This document shows, one piece after another, positions 22,051-35,882 of a DNA stretch of 64,000 nucleotides. The stretch's first letter is position 1. Every line of letters begins with the position of its first letter. The translations under genes were made by a program, and so were the position numbers. The notes beneath the pieces were generated by a model, which worked only from the letters and a program-made list of their open reading frames with translations, was not told where the DNA came from and did no database searches. The stretch lies in NCBI RefSeq assembly GCF_964355755.1, contig NC_092679.1:15173432-15237431 (forward strand). The letters are read 5' to 3'. The DNA comes from Antedon mediterranea. Its lineage: Eukaryota; Animalia; Echinodermata.

Positions 22051-25000
22051 TCAACCCATGTCATTAATTGTAATCGGACCTACTGTATCTACAAACTTTG
22101 CTTTCTTACATGTATACACTTGTATCTGAAAACAAATTTCTAATTCGTGTTCACTCGTAGCCAAATTCGTGAATGTGGGAAAGCAACTTGTACCTCACAG
22201 TCAATTCAATTAATAAGAAATAAAAAATAAAATAAGAATCAAAAATTATTTAAACGTAAACAAAATAAGAAATACATTTTTACACTAGTAATTCGTGTAC
22301 ATTTTTTTTTTATTATAGACTATAATTATTCAATATGTATTTATATTTGATAGCTGTAATTAGGATATACACAGTAAGCCTCCGCACTTGTTGATTCAAA
22401 GGCCTGCGGCAAACATTACGTTTTAAATGCCTAAATTAGAAGCTGAAGGATAACGTATTGCGACTTATCATCATCTTGGATGTAATTACACTGGATATAG
22501 TGGTGTGTTTACACACAATACATCGAATTTGATTGCCTCTAATTTAAACGTCTGCACGCACTACAATAATCATTCATAAACTATTCAATAGCTAATGAAA
22601 TTACCATTACTAATACTTTTGCTAGAAATGATTTAATTTACTTGTCCCAAAAAAGAGAGGAAGAAACCAAAACAAAACATTAAAGAATACAGGAATAAGA
22701 AATTCAATTACATTTTATTTACTATATAAAATGGCTTGTGCTATGTTTTGTACACGCTAAAGACACTACAACAGTACACTGGTAAAATAGACACGACTCA
22801 GTCAGGTGTGGATTCCAAGAGAACAAGGCATTTATTAGCAACAGCCTATTATACTATTCTACCCATAATATCAATGCGCGTAGACCAATCACACATGTCT
22901 TAATATACACGACAGCTTGGTATTTACCTTTTTGTTATAGATAACGATATAAAACACCAACAAAAAAAGGAACATTAGTGGTAAAACAATTACATTTTCA
23001 ATATTATAAAATTGATAAAATATTGACAGACAGTATTATGCCGAATTATTTAGCGATTAAAGGAGTCGGAAACTTCATTTTTATTCTTTCCAAAATTGTT
23101 TAGGTATACCAGTACATACCCTTCGGTTTTACACACAATTACAATGTTGACATATTCATGCATTTGTTTTATTTTACAATGCATCACACTTGATAAGATG
23201 CGAGCCCTGGAAAAGACCAAATAAGCTCAAGATAGCTTTAAGCCTGGTTTCACCAGAACAAAATAACTACTAATAATAATTGTATCAAATAAAAATAAAC
23301 AAATAGGGCCTACATAAATTTAAGTAAATAAGATCAGACAAATAGTAGTAATAATATAAAAATATATAAAAAGAAATTACACAATTACGCTACAGGACAA
23401 TACATTTGAATGGAAAAATGAAATCACCTATATAGGTGCTCAATCAATAGTTAGTTGTTTTATTTAATAACTTATTAATGCTTTATTTATTTAATTATTT
23501 GATTTCTATCTCATCATTAAAAAAAAATCTTTGAAATTATTCTATCAGTACCAATTAAATTATCACATTCCTTCTCGGTACTTTATCTATAACTTGTACA
23601 GTATCAGGAAAATTCTGTGATACAGTGTCACATATATATAAAATGTGACGGATACCTATAGGCCTAACCGAACGTTACCAAAATACAGGCATCGCATGCT
23701 AGCCTATACATAGCCTATGTGACAAATAATTTGCCTATGAGACTCATGGGTATAATGTGGATTGCTTTCGTATTGTACTTAAATGTCACATTTTCAATAA
23801 TCATCATTAAAGTAACTTTCGAGTGGTTGTTGAATCTGAAATTCATATTGTTCGTTCGGTTGAAAACTTTAACCACATGTTTACATATTAATAAATAGCA
23901 TGATAAAGAAGACACAGAATAGTAATATAATTTTAACTGCGCATGCGTGTCAAAAACAAGTCAATATTGGCTATCGAACAACATTAGTTATCGCAGGTTA
24001 GTTGACCAAACTCTTCACACCAAAACAAATAGGTTATTCAGAGTAGATGTAACCCCTTCACACAAATCCAAATAGAGCTTTCAGCTTCAGTGTACTTCGT
24101 GCATGGTTTCGTTGTCCCACTGCTTACCAGCTTGTCTAGAATGAATAATCAAAAGTCAACATAAGCCATGTCACACAAAAAAAACCAAGCAGGTCTCAAT
24201 CAAGTCCGTGGTTACAGTATATTTGGTTTCAATGTACTTTTGTTTGATCAGGAGTGTTGAAACACCGGTGGAAAATGACAGAATGCCAGCATTATCGCCT
24301 GACTAGTAAATTAGAAATATGAGTAGGCCTATGTGGTTTTAATCTGTATTAATATTTGTATTAATTATACCAAACCCTGGGGTATCCTTCTAAATCTGGT
24401 TGGTTGATATCGTACGACGTGCCGTTCAGTATTAGTTGCATGATAAACGTTCTATTTAATGGTTCTATCCAATGGCTCTATTGCACATTCAGCTTTTTGA
24501 CAACATTTTGATTCACTGGTGGGGGTGTTTGATTGAGCGGATAATTTAAATTTGGCAAACAAAGTAGTTTGATAACCAAATTGTGATAAAACACGACATA
24601 ATCATTCTTATCCTATTCAATATGGGCGTTGATGTTGGATGGGAAGAACAAATTCACATAAAAACTGATTATGTCATTATTTGATTTTTTCAGTTCCTGT
24701 AGAAGTTTAGAATTGATAAACCTTTTAAAAATTACACAATTTAATAGTCACCTTTGTTTGAACTGAGCAAGAGTATGACATGATTAAGCGAAAATAAAAA
24801 ACCACCACATTGCGTTTAAATATTGACATTTGCGTACAGATATGTTATATTTAATGATGGCACGTCTGACTGACATCTTTCGATTTAATACGTGTATACC
24901 AACTTCCTGCTTGGTTTCTAAAAGGCTGGTTTCCGCAAGAGCAAATTAAACGGGTTTAAGCCTAGCGCAAGTTCTATTTGTATAATTTATATATTTATTT

Positions 25001-25079
25001 CCCGACAGTTAATTGTTTATTTATGGTATGTATGTACGAAACACTTACCTAGTCGACTTCGGGCCAGTATCGTTATCTA

Positions 25080-25195
25080 AAGGTTGGTTCTAATTGGGGC
25101 GCAACGCAAGAACGTAGGCTCAACCTAATTTGACCAATCACAAGCGGCAGTTGTGATTGGCTAATTTACGAACCATCAATTAGAATGAACCAGGA
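25080..25195. mobile_element. Degenerate palindromic MITE remnant
   Basis: Inner inverted repeat CCAATCACAA/TTGTGATTGG; outer TTCTAATTG/CAATTAGAA. Confidence 0.5.
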
Positions 25196-28100
25196 TAACA
25201 CAACTTTGATCCTTCCCTTTTGATTGGCTAAGATAAAAAACATATTAAATTAGCATGAAATAAGCTAACACCTGGTCTGTAACATAACATGCGATAGTTG
25301 ATCCATCGCTTTTGATTGGCTAAGTTACAAAACACATTCAATTGAACCTAGATTAACACACCTGGGCTATGATATAATCTACGCATTACGGCTATTGTAA
25401 TTTAATGTGATTAATTTTTATCTTTTATCCTGTAAATAATTGATGCATAATAATAAATTGAGCATATTTATATTTACTCAAGCTCCATATTTTCGTATTT
25501 GTTCTGATTTTAAGAGCAAGCAGATTATTCAGGATCTTCTAGTTACAACCACACCTCCTCCCCCACACCATTTTTAATATGCTTGTGGCCGTCCACACAC
25601 AGGAATATTCACATAGGTGTGCTATATAGTGCTGTTGAGTCTCACTGTTATGCATATGCTTGTCCCCAGAAAAACAATTAAACTACTTTATTTTCGTTGT
25701 AGTCCTGAAAACAACATTCCAGAGAGTTCGTTGATAATCGATACGTGGTGCTTTACCAACTTCCTAAATATATTGTATTTTCAGTGGTTATTGTTGATAG
25801 TTTCTTCTTCCATTCTTTTAGAAAATTCTGTTCTGCACGGTGTAATTAATTATGCACATAATGGAAAACAACAGAATATGTTAGCAGATGTGTTGTACAC
25901 GATTTATGTAAATTAAGCACGTTATGTTGTAATATTTATCTATCGATAACTTCTCGTATACGAGAGGCTCCGTTCCTGGCTTATTTTAATTATTGCTTAG
26001 TAAGTACTTACGGTTTTAACGCGATAGCAGCATTTGAGGAAATCCGAGCCCTCTTCATTCGGCTTCTGATCGATCGGGAAAGTTACTTAAGTGAGATTCG
26101 AATCCAAACGCAGGAAATGCTTACAGTTATGCCGTACCACGTTTAGCATGTTTACATAGGAGACAAGGATATGATTGAAAAGATCATGAAAATATCACTT
26201 TACCACACTGACATATGGCTCCACATTAGACTCGGAGTTCTAGGGATTCTTGCGATCAATTATGTAATATTGGTCTCCTACACAATAAGAACAACTATTG
26301 TGAATGCCTACTAAGATGCTGTGGTGCTGTAGTACCACTCCTTAAGATTTAAGTTTGCCGTTTTTCTCGAATTGTTATTAATTCTTATTCATAAACTATA
26401 TCTAATTAACTGAATAATCTTGATTATAAACGAAAACAGAAATATTTGAAAAAATACAGTATTGGAGTGGACGGAACTCCTCTCGACCACCGATTTCAAA
26501 TGTACATAGTAAATTCCCTCCTTACGGGGACATCTATGTGAAACGAACTACGACCTACCTCTACAGTATACCTACACCTCTCTTAAGGGGACACTTGATT
26601 GAGTTCCTTTATATTGGTTCTATTGTAGTCACAACAAATAAACCAACAATCTGTTTTTTTTGGGGTTTTTTTGTGTAATTTCTTTATTAGTGAGATTATC
26701 TTCCCTGAAAGCTTTCCAGCAATATACACTTTCTTCTCATCCTATGCCCTTGGCACAAAGAAGGATAGATTAGATGAATCTAGTTTCCGTTTCTCCAAAC
26801 TTTTTTTAGGAAATTCCTTATAACAAATTGGTTCCATGATCCGCTTTCCCTTAACTGATTATAACAGTTGATTTTGATAACAAATGATATGATATTATAA
26901 TTCACAAGTGCCTTTGGTAAACATTTCGCAATTTAGAGAGAATTTAGAATTGTGTTTTAATGTACAATGTTGTTCATAATATCTCGGAAGGTTTAAAAAA
27001 ATAAAGGAAAAAATTATTTTTTCAAATTACATATAAAATCTTAGGGGAAGAATCACTCCGGGAACTCCCTTTTATGAAACGCCACTTGATAAAGAAACAT
27101 TAGTTTTAGTAGTAGGTGCTCCAGTGAAGTCTTTTACAAGTGTTTGTATTATGCTTCAACAGGCGTTTATCGTGTAGCTTAAGGGCACTCCATAAATTAG
27201 AGCCAAGTCGATCATAAACCGTATTGGTTTTACAGATCGATGCACAATAATTATTATAACTAAGTAATTAATAATGAAGATTGTCCATTTTACTCTAACC
27301 TACATTATGACTATGTTTAATCAAATGCGATTTAAATATAATATTATTTTTAATCAAACGAATGAATTAATACTACAGGTACACATTTTTTCTACTGTCG
27401 GTGTTTCTTTTGTCTTGGTATATTGTACTTAATATTTATATAGAAAAGACAAATTTTCCAAATGTTAGGTAATTAGAAGAATTACTGTGATATAGGCCTA
27501 CTGTTTTTATTTTAACAATGTTCTGATATTGTGTTATAAAATCAAATCAATTGTAAAAAATTCCATTATCCAATTGTTCGCTCATTGTCCATAGAAAATT
27601 GGTAATTATGACTTCCTTCGTACCATACAAAATTATTGTTTTTTTGTTTGTTTGTCTTTCTCTATGTTTGTTTTCTTTTATGGTATCGAAATAAGTCAAA
27701 TATAATGTACATTTTGAATTCGCTGCTTTTGTTTCGATTGTAATCTTTAGCTTATTTTGGAATAAATTGAATTGTAAAAAATCTTAATGAATATTAGCAA
27801 TACAACATTGCTTTTGATAAATACTGTGATTTCATAGAGCTGTGCCGTCGAAGTACGTTTATTACTATTTACTGCTATAGATCTCTCTATAATCTCGAAT
27901 TAACGACTATTAGAAATCTTGTTGAACAATACATATCTTAAAATCTTCAACACGATCTCATTTAAATCAAATTTATAACTTATGATTAATATAGAATAAA
28001 GAAGAGCGATTAAGTATTCTCCTTCTAAAAAGGTTAAGACAGAAAACATTAATATGTTGCCGATCGTGTTTTGAATAAACGAATCATAGAAATTAACGAT

Positions 28101-28329
28101 GAATTTTACAATGTGTATTGCTAGATAATTCTTAGTCAATTAAAACAAGCTTCTTTCGAAGAAATTAACAAATGTTTTAAAAATCGGTTTTGAATTTCGT
28201 TTAAAAAAAACTTTTTAAAATAATATATTACGGTACCTCCTATCACAGTAATTGTATATTGTCCTTGTCAAACATAAACCATTACATTATTCTTTTGGTG
28301 AGCATATGTAAGAACTTTATCTCTAGGTC

Positions 28330-28770
28330 ATGGCCTTTTCTTCATAATTTCTTTTCTACTACTTCTTTTTTTTTCTACCTCTACCCTTTCTCATCACCCT
28401 ATTTGTTGTCTTTCTTCTCATTTTTCTATTTCATTTCTGCTTCTTTTTCTCTTTAATCTGCAAACCTTTCTCCGTCTACTTCTTTCTCCTTGTTTTTTTC
28501 TCTTGAAGCTGTAGATGTTTCTTCTTCCCTTTCCTCTCATCCCTCTCACTTCCATAGAACTCCTTTCATTGTCTTTCCTCGCATTTTTCCTCTTTTGCAT
28601 ACTAATTCTACGCTATTTGTCATTCCCACCCCCCCCCCTTTTTTTTTTTACATTCCATCTCCTTTTTATTCTCCAGTACGTATTAGTAGTTGGAGCTCTA
28701 TTATTTTCTCAATTGTCTTTATCCTCTTTGAAAATTATGGCAATTCAACCGTTGTTCTTTTTTCTGTTTA
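28330..28770. repeat. Pyrimidine-rich low-complexity tract
   Basis: Strong C/T strand bias. Confidence 0.6.
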
Positions 28771-30194
28771 TCTTAATTAACTTAATCAAATAGTTGGTCC
28801 AGACCATTTTAAAAATCATATTTCTGTTCTTTTTCTCTTTTGTAATATTTTAACTTATTAAATGTAGACAATGTATACAAAACATCATTAACATTTTTTT
28901 AATTACCATCATCACAATCATTGGAAAAAAAGTGTAGGCCCTTGATCTCTTCTAACCAAATTAGTGATAGATGTCCAACTTGTATTTATAGACCTATTAA
29001 GTCAATCAATTCAAAACCAACCCTCTCTTTTCCCGAATGTGCCAACGCCTTCTTGGAACAGCGTTTAATCGATATCCGTCTGAACAGTTACTATAGACTA
29101 TAAAAAGTCTGCTACCTTTTTTCGTTATGATATAATGATAGTTTGACAATTCCACTTATAAAAGTCACTCGAATTGCGTTTACTTTCACGCAAACGCGTC
29201 AACCCCAGTGCTTTTTAATATCGTTTCCGTTTCATATCAATTTAAATGAGTCACTTTTGTACTTCTGGCGCTAGTCGTAGGCTCTGCTTGATGCAGTAGG
29301 TGCAGACAACAGAAATCTATCAATTTTCAACACTGATCGTTCGATTGACTGTGTGAATCATTATCACTAGGCCTACTGATAATTTCCGTTGATACCAATC
29401 ACGAAAAAGATTGACACGTGTCAACATTATTGATGATTTGTGTGACCCGGATTATAAAAAAGAGACATTATGATTGCATACTTCGATCTGTCAACAAAAT
29501 GTCGTGGTCTATGATGGAGTGAGATTAAATTTTAGTTTTAGAGTTGTTCTGCTAGACCTGATGACATTTTTAGAATGTACGATAGATAGAAAGAAAGAAT
29601 TAAATGGAATGAAATTATAAATATTATACAAATAATTAATGTTTATGGGTTAATATTGAGGTGAATATTTTAACATTCTCAACCTTCAACGAATACAAAA
29701 TATTAACCATTTGTTTTTTTTTTAAACACAAATTAGGCTATATTTTATTAAATTAATCTGGAACTTCCATCTTTAATCAATGTCAAAGGTTAGGTGAAAG
29801 GCTAGGCCATTGAAAAGAGAACCGTTAGGATATTTACCGCGGAGTAGAACAGGGCATACACTACCGATTGGTTTTTGAACGCAAAGCCTCACATTGCACA
29901 GCATTCTAAAAAAAACCCCAAACCATTAACGAGCAATAAAACTAAATGACGTCATGTTATGGAATGAGGAGTCGCTTATCTTGAACGATAATCCAATATT
30001 TCGATAACTCCTTTATTAAATACATTACTTAATGTGATTCATATCTTTCTTAAACTGATTTTCTGTAGACCTAAACAGTAATTAATTTTATCAATGATAT
30101 AAATAATAGCGATCATCCGTGTATAAGAGTCCACATCAACAATTGCTCTTATGTCGCGTGCGGGGGTGAAGTGTTTGCAGATCGAAAGATCACT

Positions 30195-30440
30195 AGGCCT
30201 AGGTAAACTAACCAATGTACAGGCTAGATATAGCTAGTAAAAGGCCTTGGTAAACTAACCAATGTACAGGCGATATATAGCTAGGAGGCCTAGGTAAACT
30301 AACCAATGTACAGGCGAGATTTAGCTAATAAAAGGCCTAGGTAAACTAACCAATGTAAAGGCGAGATTTAGCTAATAAAAGGCCTAGGTAAACTAACCAA
30401 TGTAAAGGCACGATATAGCTAACCTGGTAAACTACAACCA
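30195..30440. repeat. 44-47-bp minisatellite (5+ units)
   Basis: Unit GGCCTAGGTAAACTAACCAATGTACAGGCGAGATTTAGCTAATAAAA. Confidence 0.9.
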
Positions 30441-32954
30441 AAATACACGAGAGACATGAAAACACAACAAACACAAAACATTCAAATTTATTGTTCATTG
30501 CTAAAAAAAAATGATGAAGGTAATACTGGAGTTAACATAAAGAATATAAAATAATAGAGTTAAAAGAATACTCTGAATTTACAAAGATGTAACTGTGTTG
30601 ATTGTAAAGCCTGATTGGAAAAGAAATAAAAGAATTAAAGAAGCGTTTTGGTCTACATCAATCAAACCTCAAACGTCTTCCATAACCAATGATCCCTGAA
30701 GTAGATGGGCCTTGTCTTCCATTGCGAATAACTTTATCAAAAACATCATCAAACAAAATGGTCTGATTCATCATGAACAAATTTTGTTGTTTTTAAAACT
30801 GTATTAAAAGTTTGTTTTTAAGTTATAATTCAATTACTAAAACTTTCATTTGTTCTTATTTATCCATAGTATTTACAGAATTTCCAATAAATTAAAGGCG
30901 TTGTCATGTATAGACGCATCCACATTTATAGAATTCACAGAATACTCGCTATCTCGATGTATACACGATGGATATGAAAATACCCGGCTTTCGTTCGAAA
31001 TCCGCCAGAGATTTGGGGATTTAGGATCGGGTAATCCGGGGTAGCTAGTGTTGATGGACGTGTTAAGTGCGGTATTCCGGTGACTTTGACCAGTGTAAGG
31101 CTACCCAGACCACAAGAAGTGTTCAACCCAACTTTTAAACCGTCCTGTTTTTGTGGTGTGTAGGCATACGCATGCCTATTATATATACATACTTTGGAAA
31201 TATGTCAATTAATAACTCAAAGCTCGTCGAGAAAACCTTTGTTACAAATTTGTTTAAATTTTTTTAAACTGATCCGGCATTGGTTACCTAAGTAGATAAG
31301 ACAAGACAAGTGTAATAATAGAAAACTGCGTAGGCCTAATGCTAAAGCACGTACCAAAATGTTTGCACGCCGTCCTATAACATATACGATTAAGTTATGA
31401 AATGCCAACTTAAATAATGCTATAAGTAATTAAATAATGCTTTTCCTAAAAGGTTAATAGCCGACTGTACTCAATAGTGTTATTGTTTTTGAAGAAAATC
31501 ACGACTTTGACCATTGTTAACAATAGTAGGCCTAATATTATTTACTCGGCATATTAATCACAATCCCTCCATGAGTAATTACTAAGAATAATAGGCCTGA
31601 GCATATTTAGGCCTAGCTTCTCTTTCTCAAATAAAAAAAAGAATTGATGAGTCCATATAACGCTATATCTTTGAGCCAAAAGCTTAATTGAATGAAATAT
31701 ACCTTGAATAATTAAATAATAAACAGCAATTTACTACACATTACAAAATGAACGATGAATAACATATACTCTTTAATTAACCCCATACAAAAATTCAACT
31801 GGGGTCACCTTTACATTAAATAAAACTTACGACGCATTACCGATATTACGGTGATGATAGGGGTTTTAGCCAATATAATAGGTGATTATGCTATTGTAGA
31901 AGAATTAAAACGAGCGATGGGCGCAATCTTGAAGATTAACCAATCAACTCGTTTTAGAACTTCTTTATTTTGTATTCCTTTAATCTGATACCAAGATCAC
32001 GTAAAAAGCAAATCGGATCCTTTGAACTTTAAGTTACTGTTGAGAATAAGATTAACTGCAGCCGTCGAAAGTCAATAGTAGAATCAAACAGGTGTCGGAT
32101 TGTAAAAGATAAATATGGTTAAACCTCGAAATCTTTTGAGAAGTTGAAGATGGTAATTGAAGCGAAGCTTTTGTAACTATCAAAAGAAAAACACAATCAT
32201 TTCTTACCAAACAGCAATTCTTGAGAGCAGAAGAAAACCATGTGTTAACAAACAGCCAATCATAAGCTCAGAAGAATAAAACAATCATGTGTTGACAAAT
32301 AACCAATCAATATCGTTCAACTGACGATTAAGCAGAACAATCAAAATAATAAGACATTGCACATTTGTACAGTTTTCAATTAAGAAATTTATTGTTTAAA
32401 AGTGACACTTTGTGTTGGTAATTTACGATGTCAATAAAATACCGTTGTAGGCCTACACCAATTTCTAATTCTTCCACAGGCCTACAACAACGCAGACCGT
32501 TGGTTTACTCCAATATTTACTTCTCAAACTACAAATTTACATTTCTATATACAGATAGCTTAATGCCAACACGTATACCCGGACTTCGGTTTCAATATGT
32601 ACAATAATGTATTGCTGTAATCTTTATTTGCAAAATAATTTCTTGACATTATTTCATGAGAAATATTTAAAATATTACTAATACAATTAATATGTCATTA
32701 AATTAAAGTTTAAAATCCAAAATAAAGTAAATAATCATAATTTTAAAGTACTGTATAGGATTTAAACAATTAGGCCTATTAATTAAAATATTTAACGTTT
32801 ACAATTGTGAAAATAAGTAGTTTAGGCCAAATAAAAATGTTTAAAAAAACCGGAACAGCATTAAGGCTTTATAATAGAAACCACAGCCCGGATATATTAT
32901 TGTATTATTATATTAATTTATATGTCTATTTAGTAGGGCTATATGTTTTCTTAA

Positions 32955-33298
32955 AGATGTATTGTCCCCCAAAATCATGAAAAATAAAGATTTTTAAAAT
33001 CGGACTTTGAATAGGCCATTTTGCAGTTTTAATGAAGTTGTTCACTTCCATAAGAAAAAAAACGGGGGAAAAAATTATTTCACCTATAAAAAGACAAAAT
33101 AAACAGTTAAATTACCCAAAAACTCATTGTCTTCCAGACAATTTGACCATTTTTTGCTTTAAATTACATTTTTCTCAGGTAAATAAATTTTTTTCAGACC
33201 CAATTTTTTGTGAGAGTGAATAACTATTATATGACATTAAAATAACATATTCAACAAAAAAATGTAAAAAAATATTTTTTTAGGGGGACAATATATCT
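32955..33298. mobile_element. Non-autonomous DNA transposon with TTAA TSD (Kolobok-like)
   Basis: TTAA|AGATGTATTGTCCCCC ... GGGGGACAATATATCT|TTAA; partial copies elsewhere in the window. Confidence 0.8.
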
Positions 33299-34347
33299 TT
33301 AATATAGTTGTATGCACTATTGCTTACAAGAATAAGTCTATAGTATCTGATGGATATTTCGGACAGTTAAGAACAATCACAATTATTCAGACGAAGAACA
33401 ATTTGAAAGTGATTCAGCAAGGTGTGAGAATATAGATCATCCACAATAAATAATTTGTTCTTACTCTTGTATTAGGATTCCGTAAGAGGTTTTTCGACTT
33501 CCTTTTATTGTTACGATATATCATTGTGCAAAAAAAGCGATTTATATCATGATACAATTTACTTAAGCTCTTACTTAACTAATCAAAAGCGACGTACCAT
33601 CCAACAGTCAAATTACTTTTATTGGTAGGAACCAGGCATAGGCCTAAGTGTTCGTTAAGTTTAAGTATTAAATGTATTCATTATAATTATAGGAATAATG
33701 GATCATACATTAAATACGAATAATCACAACAATAACTGAATGACAGTGCTTATTAATGTTTGTCACTAAAACAGCAACAACAGTCAGACAGACTGTTTGA
33801 ATTCAGAATCGTTATATTGCAATGCTTGAAATTCGTATTAAACATGAGCCATAAGTAACTTTATCAATATAATACAGATTGTTATTAATATTCTTTATTC
33901 ATAACATAACAAGTGGCATCATGCATTACAAATAAAATCACCAAAAAAGTTTCCAATTATTAATTTCTCCGTATCATACTAGTTGTATTGCAAAACATTA
34001 TCAATTCGATTTTCTAATTAACAAATTAATTATAATGATAACCGTTTTAAAATAGAATTGTGAGTAATGAAGACCATAATTACGTCATCATCATTTTAGA
34101 AATACGTAGAATAAATCGGCCAAGGTTACTGACATTTTGTTACAAATAAAGACATGAAAACGTATAGAAAACAGAACAGTTTTTAGTCACTTTCTGTATG
34201 AAAATCAAAATTGATGTCTACCAAAATTCCTTTGTAGATTTACAAAGACGAATAAAGTTTCTTTCTGTGTTTGAATACTTGTAATTCTACTTTTCCCTGA
34301 TAAGAATTTTTCACCCGATTCTCAGTGCTGTTACTCCACATATACTC

Positions 34348-34503
34348 TCTATTTCCGAGGTATCATAGAAATATTTGGTAAAACAGCATCACATGTGCTG
34401 CCTGTATCATGTAAGGTTAGGTTAAGAATTAGGTTACTAGATACATGTGATACACATGTGATGTTGTATTACCAATTATTCCTATGATACTTCGGAAATA
34501 GAT
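34348..34503. mobile_element. Hairpin MITE with ~50-bp TIRs and a GGTTA-repeat core
   Basis: TCTATTTCCGAGGTATCATAG..CATCACATGTG pairs with CACATGTGATG..CTATGATACTTCGGAAATAGA. Confidence 0.75.
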
Positions 34504-34570
34504 ACAGTACTGTAAATCGGCTGTAATTTCTACAGAAAACGGTTTGCAATAACAACAGTTAAACTAGATA

Positions 34571-34661
34571 CAGTAGAAGCCCTCCTTTGGGTGAATCTCC
34601 TGTCCAAGGGAACCCCCTAAGTTTGGGCTCCCAAGGTGTGACATTAATAAAGGCTCTACTG
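34571..34661. mobile_element. Short Tc1/mariner-type MITE
   Basis: TA|CAGTAGA ... TCTACTG|TA. Related fragments with AGGGGACAC-type subrepeats lie near 26520, 36000, 37470, 39850, 41857, 57660 and 59740. Confidence 0.6.
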
Positions 34662-35244
34662 TATTTAATTTAATTTCATATGTATATAGGATACAATAAA
34701 TAACATGCTTTAACAACCAATTTTTGTTACTAAAGTAAAAAAAAAAACTGAATATGAAGTACATATTATAATGAAATATTTGTTTAATATTGCTGTTTTT
34801 GATTTACTACTTCTACGGTACTGATTTGCAATGTCACTCTGTAAATCCGAAAAACATTGGTAATTCAAAAACATAATTTGAATGACGTAATCAAATCGTA
34901 AATGATTAAAAGCGGACTCCCATCGTAGGATTCAAGTTATGTGGTTTTTCTTACTTTTTTCGTTCGATTTTTAAAATTTCGAAATGGTTAATTCAAATGT
35001 TCATATTATCATTGAATTAAGTTTTTTCAGGCAAGAACATTATTCGAATCGTTAACAAAATACAGGTATATGATTTTCATTACCAGAATAGGCCTACGGT
35101 ATGCAATCATTGTTCAGGTAATAGCATCTCAATTGTACTGCTGTTTTTGTTTTTATTATTATTAAATAGTATTATTATTATATTCTTCTTTTACATCACA
35201 ATGTTAATGGTTCATGAAGTGCCAGTCTCTATGCTTACACTGTT

Positions 35245-35882
35245 TCACCATGGCCAGTGCTGTGCGTTGGCAGACGCAAACGAGCACGCACTATTAAACG
35301 AACCATTGAACGAGTTTGGATTACTGAAGCTTGTCGTATTAAAGTTGCTGGCGAAAGACGTGTAAGGTGTGGAATAAGCCGGGTAGTGCTGGATATGAGA
35401 CAGTGGAGGTGGCGGTGCTGATACCGCAGAATGCATGTCCTGGGCCTTCAGTTGGCAACTACCTATACCACCTAGGCCGGCACTTGTACAAGGTTTACCA
35501 TCCCGAACCAGAACAGGTACAGCGACTCGGCGTGGTGAGGGTAACGGGTTCATGTCTAGCCCTTTCTCTTGCCGTGAACGTTTCAACTTGTAACGATGAT
35601 TCTGAAACCAGATCTTGACTTGAGTTGGGGTTAATCGAATGATACTCGCTAAGTGCTCTCGTTCCGGTGCCGATAAATATCGTTGCTGACGGAATCGCCT
35701 TTCGAGTTCGTAAGTCTGAGCTTTTGAGAAAAGTACGCGTCGTTTCCTTTTCTTTTGTGATTCACCGGTTTGGTTCGAATCCGCTGTGGTGTCATTTTGA
35801 GACGGTGACGAGCAGTTATCGCTACAATCCGACTCGGCGTCTGATGTTTCGATTTGTGTTGTAGAATTTGTTTGTGCAATTG
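35245..35882 (-). CDS. Nkx2.2: Nkx2.2 second coding exon: homeodomain, NK2-specific domain and C-terminus
   Basis: Acceptor ttttattgcag| at 35883 is phase-compatible with exon 1. Encodes [60 protein letters not shown] (Tyr54 NK2 homeodomain), [17 protein letters not shown] (NK2-SD) and QHWPW-stop. Joined CDS is 918 nt, 305 aa. Confidence 0.96.

Noticed and set aside
28259-28793. Overlapping Phe/Ser-rich and Arg/Lys-rich ORFs
   Set aside because: By-products of the polypyrimidine tract.
30657-31130. Short minus-strand open frames (e.g. MMNQTILFDD...GYGRRLRFD) as a small gene or neuropeptide
   Set aside because: No signal peptide, no recognisable homology and no consistent splice structure.
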